Shown here: one piece after another, positions 17,065 to 24,180 of the stretch
How the letters are laid out: every line of letters begins with the position of its first letter
How positions within the stretch are numbered: the first letter of the stretch is position 1
Source: Patescibacteria group bacterium
GTDB lineage: Bacteria > Patescibacteriota > Patescibacteriia > Patescibacteriales > UBA12465
NCBI GenBank assembly: GCA_028687275.1
Contig: JAQUAK010000004.1
Location: 3,104-67,103, forward strand
Reading direction: 5' to 3'
DNA: 64,000 nucleotides
Program-made: the position numbers and the translations under genes
Notes under the pieces: model-generated
The model's database searches: none
Seen by the model: the letters and a program-made list of their open reading frames with translations, nothing else
Told to the model about the DNA's origin: nothing

Positions 17065-19116
17065 CTAGCAAGTAGAACAGCGCTCAGCCTTCATATCATC
17101 ACTGCTATACCCCATTTCTTCATCACATTTCGGACAGAATTTATGCTCACCGGATAAATACCCGTGCTTAGGACAAATTGAAAAGGTTGGAGTAATAGTA
17201 AAGTAAGGCAAACGATAATTTTCAATAATACGCTTAGCCAACTTCTTAGCGGCATTACCATCAGGCAAACGTTCACCCAAATAACCATGTAAAACTGTGC
17301 CTCCCGTATATTTAATCTGTAAATCATCCTGTAAATCTAAGGCACCAAAAATATCATCGGAGAAACCAACTGGTAAATGAGTAGAATTAGTATAATAAGG
17401 AGGTAGTCCTTTTTTCACCGCATCAGGATTAGCAGAAATGATATCTGGATATTTTTCTAAATCTTTTTTAGCAAAGCGATAAGTACAGCCCTCACCTGGA
17501 GTAGCCTCAAGGTTATAAAGATTATTAGTTTCATTCTGATAATCCATTAAACGTTCGCGCATGGCATCCATGACCTCTAAAGCGAAGGTGTGCCCCTCTG
17601 GAGTGGTAATATCTTTACCTAATAAATTCAACAGAGCTTCATTCATGCCATTAATACCAATAGTATTGAAATGATTTTGCCAATAAGTATTAAAACGAGC
17701 CTTTATATCAGTTAAATAATGTTTGGAATAAGGATAGAGCCCATCTTCAGAAAATTTTTCAATCACTTTACGTTTTATTTCTAAACTCTCTTTAGCCACA
17801 TCCATTAACTTATAAATCCTCTCAATGAATTCTTCCTTGGTCTTAGACAAATAGCCGATACGAGCTAAATTAAGAGTAACAACGCCCAAGCTACCAGTTA
17901 AAGGATTGGCTCCAAATAGACCGCCACCACGCTTTCTTAGCTCACGATTATCTAAACGTAAACGACAACACATTGAACGTGCATCATCACGATCCATATC
18001 AGAGTTTACAAAGTTAGAAAAATAAGGAATACCGTATTTAGCAGTCATCTCCCACATTGGCTTAAGGCACTCTCTGTCCCAGTCAAACTTTTTATCAACT
18101 GTATAAGTAGGGATTGGAAAGCCAAAAACACGTCCAGTGGAATCGCCTTCAATCATCACCTCGGCGAAGGCCTGATTAAACATATCCATTTCTGCTTGAA
18201 ATTCACTATATTTTTCTGACATGATTTGTCCGCCAATAATTACATTTTCTTCTCCTACTAATTTTGAAGGAGTGACGTCTAAAGTAATGTTGGTAAAAGG
18301 AGTTTGAAAGCCAACACGAGTAGGTACATTAATATTAAACATAAACTCCTGCAAACCCTGTTTAACCTCTTTATAACTCAATTTATCGTAACGGATAAAA
18401 GGCGCTAAATAAGTATCAAAATTAGCAAAAGCCTGAGCCCCAGCCGCCTCACCCTGCATAGTATAGAAAAAATTAACTACTTGACCAAGGGCGCTACGAA
18501 AATGTTTTGGAGCCTTACTCTGAATTTTTTCAGGCACACCACCAAAACCTTTAATTAGGAGATCTTTTAAGTCCCAACCACAACAATACGGAGCCAAGAG
18601 GCCTAAATCATGAATGTGAAGATCGCCATCAATATGAGCCTGCCTAATATTTTGTGGGTATAACTTATCTAACCAATAACGAGCAGAGATAGCAGAGGCA
18701 ATATAATTGTTTAGACCCTGAACTGAAAAACTCATGTTGCTATTCTCTTTTAAGCGCCAATCAGCCCTACCTAAATAATCTTCCATTAATTTCTCATCGG
18801 AAGTGGCCTTATTTAATTCACGCAACTGTCGGTGCTGATCGCGATAAAGAATATAAGCCTTGGCGGTCTTAATCTGTTTGTGTTCAATTAATATTTCTTC
18901 GACCACATCCTGAATTTCCTCAACCGCAGGGATGCTATTTTTATGAAACTTTTTGGCAATACGAGCTACGACTTCATCGCTTAATTCTTGAGCTAAAGAC
19001 TTATCATCAATTTCAACCGACAAAGCTGCCTTATAAATAGCCTCCTTAATTTTCTTTTGACTAAATTCGACGATGTCTCCGGAGCGTTTCCGAAGTTGAG
19101 TAATAATTTCAGACAT
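17065..19116 (-). CDS. nrdD: anaerobic ribonucleoside-triphosphate reductase (class III), large fragment lacking the glycyl-radical loop
   Basis: N-terminal ATP-cone (LRKRSGDIVEFSQKKIKEAIYKA), catalytic body, and C-terminal zinc site TFSICPKHGYLSGEHKFCPKC, then a TAG stop. Start set to ATG at 19116 (MSEIITQ). The track ORF extends to 19161. Confidence 0.9.
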   Translation of the reverse strand: MSEIITQLRKRSGDIVEFSQKKIKEAIYKAALSVEIDDKSLAQELSDEVVARIAKKFHKNSIPAVEEIQDVVEEILIEHKQIKTAKAYILYRDQHRQLRELNKATSDEKLMEDYLGRADWRLKENSNMSFSVQGLNNYIASAISARYWLDKLYPQNIRQAHIDGDLHIHDLGLLAPYCCGWDLKDLLIKGFGGVPEKIQSKAPKHFRSALGQVVNFFYTMQGEAAGAQAFANFDTYLAPFIRYDKLSYKEVKQGLQEFMFNINVPTRVGFQTPFTNITLDVTPSKLVGEENVIIGGQIMSEKYSEFQAEMDMFNQAFAEVMIEGDSTGRVFGFPIPTYTVDKKFDWDRECLKPMWEMTAKYGIPYFSNFVNSDMDRDDARSMCCRLRLDNRELRKRGGGLFGANPLTGSLGVVTLNLARIGYLSKTKEEFIERIYKLMDVAKESLEIKRKVIEKFSEDGLYPYSKHYLTDIKARFNTYWQNHFNTIGINGMNEALLNLLGKDITTPEGHTFALEVMDAMRERLMDYQNETNNLYNLEATPGEGCTYRFAKKDLEKYPDIISANPDAVKKGLPPYYTNSTHLPVGFSDDIFGALDLQDDLQIKYTGGTVLHGYLGERLPDGNAAKKLAKRIIENYRLPYFTITPTFSICPKHGYLSGEHKFCPKCDEEMGYSSDDMKAERCSTC

Positions 19117-19200
19117 GAGTTTCAAAGTGAGTAATAATATTAGAATTTTAGACCCTCCCATTTTCTAGATTCTGAATAAAATTATCACCGCTATATTAAT

Positions 19201-19662
19201 TTATTTTTTCTTATCTTTGATTAATTTATTGAGCTCACGCCGAAATTCATTAGCATCTTTAAATGATTCATAAACAGAAGCATAACGAATATAGGCAACT
19301 GGATCGGCTTTCTTCAGATGCTTCATTACAATTTGCCCAACCTGCAAAGAAGTAATTTCATTTTTTCGCAACTTTTGTAAATCCCTCTCAATCCCATGAA
19401 TAATTTGCTTAAAGCTTTCCTCAGTAACCGGTCTTTTTTCTAAAGACTTACGTAAACCGCTAACCAACTTCTCTCGGCTGTAAGACTCTCGACGACCATC
19501 TCTTTTAACAATCATCAAATCCAATATTTCAATTTCTTCATATGTAGAAAAACGAAAAGCGCACTTTAAGCACTCACGTCTACGCCTAATAGAAAGGCCA
19601 TCTGGGGCAACACGAGAATCAACTACCTTAGTATCATTGTGATAACAAACTGGACATTTCAT
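19201..19662 (-). CDS. nrdR: transcriptional repressor NrdR (zinc ribbon plus ATP-cone)
   Basis: MKCPVCYHNDTKVVDSR...RRRRECLKCAFRFSTYE zinc ribbon followed by an ATP-cone. First gene of the nrd cluster. Confidence 0.9.
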   Translation of the reverse strand: MKCPVCYHNDTKVVDSRVAPDGLSIRRRRECLKCAFRFSTYEEIEILDLMIVKRDGRRESYSREKLVSGLRKSLEKRPVTEESFKQIIHGIERDLQKLRKNEITSLQVGQIVMKHLKKADPVAYIRYASVYESFKDANEFRRELNKLIKDKKK

Positions 19663-19674
19663 AAAAAAAGATAA

Positions 19675-19690
19675 AAGCTATATTTTGTGG
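19675..19690. promoter_or_regulatory. candidate NrdR box (proximal)
   Basis: AAGCTATATTTTGTGG; its reverse complement CCACAAAATATAGCTT matches about 12 of 16 positions of the remembered NrdR-box consensus acaCwAtATaTwGtgt. 13 nt upstream of the nrdR ATG. Confidence 0.45.
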
Positions 19691-19707
19691 CTGTTTATAA
19701 AGATTAA

Positions 19708-19723
19708 CCACTAAATCTTGTAA
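19708..19723. promoter_or_regulatory. candidate NrdR box (distal, overlapping the predicted transcription start)
   Basis: CCACTAAATCTTGTAA matches about 11 of 16 positions of the same consensus. Its centre is 33 bp from the proximal box, near the three-helical-turn spacing typical of tandem NrdR boxes. Confidence 0.45.
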
Positions 19724-19731
19724 TTAATTTT

Positions 19732-19760
19732 ATTATAGCAGAATTAAAAACTAGGGTCAA
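19732..19760 (-). promoter_or_regulatory. putative sigma70-type promoter of the nrdR-nrdD-nrdG cluster
   Basis: Minus strand reads TTGACC (19760-19755), a 17-nt spacer, then TATAAT (19737-19732). Confidence 0.5.
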
Positions 19761-19899
19761 AATCATCTAATATTCAGATAAAAATTAGAATTTAAGCTTC
19801 TGATCGGCCTAGCCTGTGGATAAATAAAAATAAAATAGCCCCCCTAGGTGACTATTTTTAGACTAACTTAGAAATTTAATTAAAAAAATATATGCACTA

Positions 19900-20622
19900 C
19901 TACTTTCGCCGCCATAGTCTCCAGACCTCCCACATAAATAAAGCCGGATCGCGCCAAGGATTCGTTTTACTGCGACGAAGATGATAACGATTTTCTGACC
20001 AGTCAACTGCCACCTCTTTAATTCTTAACCCGTCTTTTCTGGCAAAATAAATTAATTCTGTATCAAAGAAAAAATTATTATTTTGAATTCTAGAAGCAAG
20101 TTGCCGCCAAGATTTAGCGCTAATAGCCTTAAAACCACATTGCAAATCACTCACACGGTGTTTTAAGAGGAGGCGAGAGACAAATATGTATGCCTGAGAG
20201 CCAATTTCTCGCAGATAGGAGCGTTTTACCCTTGATGAAGCTAACATTCTTGACCCCAGACATAAATCTGCCTCTCCGCTCAAAATAGGGGCTAAGAGAG
20301 AGGGAAGATTATTTAAGTCAACCGCTAAATCGATGTCCATATAAGCTAAAATATCAGCCTCACTGGAATTAAAATAAGTTTTAATAGCTCTCCCCTTGCC
20401 TGCCCGTTCTATTAAGAAAATAGAGGAGTCATCCCCATTTTGATTAACAAATTTCTGAACCAGCTGCTGAAATTCAATATTAGAGCCATTAACAATAAAG
20501 ACGGCGCGCCAGTCATCCCCAAAATTACCTTTACGTAAAAAGGCTAACAACTTGGAAGCGTTATCATTAAAAATTAAACCTTCATTATAAACCGGCAAAC
20601 AAATATCAATTTTCATACCCAT
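19900..20622 (-). CDS. family 2 glycosyltransferase (polyprenyl-phosphate sugar transferase-like)
   Basis: 240 aa. N-terminal ICLPVYNEG, DxD-like MDIDLA. Size and layout resemble dolichyl/undecaprenyl-phosphate glycosyltransferases. Confidence 0.7.
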   Translation of the reverse strand: MGMKIDICLPVYNEGLIFNDNASKLLAFLRKGNFGDDWRAVFIVNGSNIEFQQLVQKFVNQNGDDSSIFLIERAGKGRAIKTYFNSSEADILAYMDIDLAVDLNNLPSLLAPILSGEADLCLGSRMLASSRVKRSYLREIGSQAYIFVSRLLLKHRVSDLQCGFKAISAKSWRQLASRIQNNNFFFDTELIYFARKDGLRIKEVAVDWSENRYHLRRSKTNPWRDPALFMWEVWRLWRRK

Positions 20623-20686
20623 TTATTACTTACCTTAGAATTATATCACATCATTGATAGAAAAATAGTATAAAAAGACTAAGCCT

Positions 20687-20717
20687 ATAAAAAACGAGGC
20701 CTAATTGGCCTCGTTTT
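20687..20717 (-). terminator. putative intrinsic terminator after ftsZ
   Basis: CGAGGCC-N5-GGCCTCG hairpin (20695-20713) flanked by an A-run and a T-run, so it is shaped to work in either direction. Confidence 0.6.
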
Positions 20718-20737
20718 AAAAAATACTAGATTAAAAA

Positions 20738-21946
20738 TTAATTGCCCATCTTCTTGCGAATAAAGGCCGGTACACTTAAATCATCTTCCTCGTTATTATC
20801 ATCTTCCTTGTTATCAGATATTTCGATTTTTTTCTCAACTAATGGTTTTAAAGGGATATTTTTAATGGTAGACACTTTTGCCTTCTTGTCTCCCCATACG
20901 GTGGAACCAATACTACCCTCTTTTTCATTCTCACTTTCGATAAAAGGATTGGGAGTATAGCTCTTAAGTTCAGTCTTAGTGCCACCCTTACTCTTGCCAT
21001 CGAAACCAGTTGCAACGACCGTGATCTTAATCTGGTCTTTCATTTTTTCATCAATAACAGCACCAAAAATAATTTTAGCATCTTCATCGGCAGCAGAGGT
21101 AATAACCTTAGCGGCGTCACTAACTTCATTCATACTTAAATCAGGCCCACCAGTAATGGTAAAGACGATGCCACGAGCACCATCAATTGACATATCTAAT
21201 AAATTAGAATTAATAGCCGCTTTAGCAGCCTCGATAGCTTTATTTTCACCACTAGCTTGTCCAATGCCCATTAAAGCAGATCCTGCATTAGCCATAACAG
21301 CTTTAACATCGGCAAAGTCAGCATTAATAACACCAGGCACGGTAATAATTTCAGCAATTCCTTGCACACCCTGCCTTAAAACATCATCAGCAATAGCAAA
21401 GGCTTCTAATAAAGAAGTACGTTTATCTATCACTTGCAATAGCTTATCGTTAGAAATAGTGATAATAGTGTCAACCTTATCTGCTAAATCGGCATAAGCT
21501 CGATCAGCAATATTTTTACGTTGACCTCCTTCAAAAATAAAAGGCTTAGTAACAACAGCTACTGTTAAAGCCCCTAAATCTCTAGCGACCTGAGCAACGA
21601 TGGGCGAGGCCCCGGAACCGGTACCGCCACCGAGACCGCAAGTAACAAAAACCATATCGCAACCTTTTAGAGCTTCTCTTATTTCATTTTGCGATTCTTC
21701 AGCCGCCCCTTTTCCTAAATCAGGATTCATACCGGCACCTAAACCACGAGTAACTGATTTGCCAATATGTATCTTTTCGCTGGCTTTATTATAATGCAAA
21801 GCTTGAATATCGGTATTAATCGCTACAAAATCAACGCCTCTAATGCCGTTTTCAATCATACGGTTAATGGCGCTACCGCCACCACCGCCAACACCAACTA
21901 CTTTAATTTTTGCAAAAGTCTCAATTTCTGGTTTTACTTCCGCCAT
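20738..21946 (-). CDS. ftsZ: cell division GTPase FtsZ
   Basis: 402 aa. Tubulin signature GGGTGSGASPIVA, VGVGGGGGSAINRM, NTDIQAL. Acidic C-terminal tail ending in a conserved peptide (DDLSVPAFIRKK). Confidence 0.95.
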   Translation of the reverse strand: MAEVKPEIETFAKIKVVGVGGGGGSAINRMIENGIRGVDFVAINTDIQALHYNKASEKIHIGKSVTRGLGAGMNPDLGKGAAEESQNEIREALKGCDMVFVTCGLGGGTGSGASPIVAQVARDLGALTVAVVTKPFIFEGGQRKNIADRAYADLADKVDTIITISNDKLLQVIDKRTSLLEAFAIADDVLRQGVQGIAEIITVPGVINADFADVKAVMANAGSALMGIGQASGENKAIEAAKAAINSNLLDMSIDGARGIVFTITGGPDLSMNEVSDAAKVITSAADEDAKIIFGAVIDEKMKDQIKITVVATGFDGKSKGGTKTELKSYTPNPFIESENEKEGSIGSTVWGDKKAKVSTIKNIPLKPLVEKKIEISDNKEDDNNEEDDLSVPAFIRKKMGN

Positions 21947-22011
21947 AGTTCTGGCTGAATTGCCGTTTACTTATTAAGAAAACGACCACTCTTCATTTAA
22001 TTTATCTTATT

Positions 22012-23268
22012 TTATCTCGGAATAATTTTTTGAAACATATTTTTGGCTTTTCCGAAAATATTGCCAATGTTTTTTTGAAATCCACCGCCATCTTGATTAG
22101 GGTATTCATGCGCCCCCCAAATAACTAAACCTAAAGCGGGCAAGAATTCTGGTGTACGAACCTTATCAATCACTACACTCACATTTTTAGACTGGCCCAT
22201 GGCAGCTGGTAATCTTAACTTGCGTTTAGCGGCGTCAATTAAGCCTTCTAATTGAGCTCCGGCACCAGTAAAAACAATGCCTGCTGGTAACATACCAGAG
22301 CGATCTATTTTCTTCAACTCCTTATCAACCTTATCAAAAATTTCTTCAACTCGAGCTTCAATAATTTCTGCAATATACTTGCGTGAAACTAAGCTAATAT
22401 CATCATTAACCTCTTCTTCTTTAACTAGTTGAGTAACATCGACATCCTCATCCTTATCAAAATTTTCTGGGTTAGTATTGCCGTATTCTAATTTTATTCT
22501 TTCCGCTAAATTTATAGGACATCGCAAACCTAGGGCAATATCATTAGTAATATATTCGGAGCCAATCGGTAAAACGGCTGCGTGTAATAAATTACGTTCT
22601 TCATACACAGCCAAAGAGGTGGTAGACGAACCAATATTAACTAAAGCGACTCCTAACTCTTTTTGCTTGGGGGTTAAGACTGCCTCAGCAGCTGCTAAAG
22701 GAGAAATAACTAGGTCTTCAATTTCTAAACCAGTCCGAAAAATAGCTTTGGTTAGATTTTTAGTTTGAGTAGTTAAACCTTGAATAATTAAAGCTTCCAC
22801 TTCTAGACGAATACCGCTCATTCCAATTGGATCTTTAATATCAGTCTGATTATCCACACTGAATTTAATCGGCATGACATGAAGAATCTCATAGTTAACT
22901 GGGACAGCTAAAGCCCGGGCGGCCTCAATAGCACGATTAACATCAGCTTCACTAATTTCGCCATCACTTTTACTAACGGCTACCACGCCACGACTACGCT
23001 CACATTTTACATTAGGATCATTAATGCCAACCCAAACACTAGTAATAGGCACGCCAACAATTCTCTCTGCCTTTTCAAGACAAGCCGAAATAGATGAGGT
23101 TGTTTCCTCAATACTATTTACCACCCCCTTGCTAACTCCAGCTGTTGGCGAAGACACCGCACCAATAATCTGTAACTCTTCTCCTGCTAGGCCGGAAATT
23201 TTTTGGCCGATAACTAGACGAACTGCCGTTGAGCCGATATCTAGACCAGCAATAATGTCATCTTTCAT
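22012..23268 (-). CDS. ftsA: cell division protein FtsA (actin-like ATPase)
   Basis: 418 aa. IIAGLDIGSTAVRLVIG phosphate-1 motif, ALVNIGSSTTSLAV, VFTGAGAQLEGL. Immediately upstream of ftsZ. Confidence 0.9.
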   Translation of the reverse strand: MKDDIIAGLDIGSTAVRLVIGQKISGLAGEELQIIGAVSSPTAGVSKGVVNSIEETTSSISACLEKAERIVGVPITSVWVGINDPNVKCERSRGVVAVSKSDGEISEADVNRAIEAARALAVPVNYEILHVMPIKFSVDNQTDIKDPIGMSGIRLEVEALIIQGLTTQTKNLTKAIFRTGLEIEDLVISPLAAAEAVLTPKQKELGVALVNIGSSTTSLAVYEERNLLHAAVLPIGSEYITNDIALGLRCPINLAERIKLEYGNTNPENFDKDEDVDVTQLVKEEEVNDDISLVSRKYIAEIIEARVEEIFDKVDKELKKIDRSGMLPAGIVFTGAGAQLEGLIDAAKRKLRLPAAMGQSKNVSVVIDKVRTPEFLPALGLVIWGAHEYPNQDGGGFQKNIGNIFGKAKNMFQKIIPR

Positions 23269-23369
23269 AAAATAATTAAAATAGCTGCAAGAGCCTTCAT
23301 ATTAAAACAAAGTCTAAGCACTTGGAGCCATACTTATTCTATTATAATAAATTTTTGGAATATTAACAA

Positions 23370-24176
23370 CTAAAAGAGTCGCCAATAATATTGTAAGATA
23401 TTTTCCCCCCATATTAAGGCGCCTAAAGCCCCAAGGGCCAAAAATACGCCTAAGGGTAATTTAGAGCCCCAAGATTTATGCCCGCTTGCAATTAAGGCAA
23501 TACCCACAAAAGATCCGACAACATAAGCAGACAAAATAGCTATAATTAAGGAATTTAAATTAGGCAATAAGGCCCCCAACAATAACCCTAGCCAAATATC
23601 GCCTTCACCCAAACCGCGTCCGCGTGTTAATAAGTATTGCGTCCCAAAAAATAAAGCAGCCAAAGCCATTGCTAATAAAATATGCCACCAGATCACACCC
23701 AAATATAGATTTATTATAATAAAAAATAGGGTTGCCGGCCATACCACTAAATTCGATACTAAATAATAACGTAAATCAAATACAAAAATTACAATCATCA
23801 CCCAAGCAGCCACTAAATCTTTTAGAAGATACAAATAAAAATTAGGTCTCTGTAATAATAAAAATAGAGACTCGCTATCTAGATACTGAAATTTTAAAGC
23901 AGCTAGCCAGAAGAATAAAAATAAGCCAGTAACAGCTAATTCAACCAGCGGGTATTGCCAAGAAATTTTTTGTTTACAAAAATGACACCGGCCTTTCAAA
24001 AATAAAAAACTAAGCACAGGAATATTATGATACCAACTTAATTTTTTTTGACACAAAGGGCAATAAGAGCGACCAATAATACTTTCCTGTTTATACAAGC
24101 GCCAAATTAAACAATTAGAAAAACTTCCCAGAGCTAGACCAAGTAAAATAATGATAGCGGTTAGAATTAACATCAT
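23370..24176 (-). CDS. pilD: type IV prepilin peptidase / N-methyltransferase (A24 family)
   Basis: 268 aa. Zinc motif CPLCQKKL..CHFCKQKISWQYPLVEL, first Asp in VFDLRYY, second in GLGEGDIWLG (GxGDxKL-like). Polytopic membrane protein. Confidence 0.85.
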   Translation of the reverse strand: MMLILTAIIILLGLALGSFSNCLIWRLYKQESIIGRSYCPLCQKKLSWYHNIPVLSFLFLKGRCHFCKQKISWQYPLVELAVTGLFLFFWLAALKFQYLDSESLFLLLQRPNFYLYLLKDLVAAWVMIVIFVFDLRYYLVSNLVVWPATLFFIIINLYLGVIWWHILLAMALAALFFGTQYLLTRGRGLGEGDIWLGLLLGALLPNLNSLIIAILSAYVVGSFVGIALIASGHKSWGSKLPLGVFLALGALGALIWGENILQYYWRLF

Positions 24177-24180
24177 ATAA

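Noticed and set aside
16972-17067. Possibility that nrdD and the 47-codon ORF are joined by stop-codon read-through, since the two are in the same frame
   Set aside because: Besides the TAG at 17065-17067, the spacer contains two more in-frame stops on the minus strand (TAA at 17002-17004 and TAA at 16987-16989). The intervening codons are AT-rich nonsense. Simple read-through or single-codon recoding cannot fuse the two pieces.
20979-21497. 172 aa plus-strand ORF, with similar track ORFs at 20742-20960, 21600-21794 and 21767-21958
   Set aside because: These are antisense shadows of ftsZ. Their low-complexity A/S/P/I-rich translations are typical of reading a conserved gene backwards.
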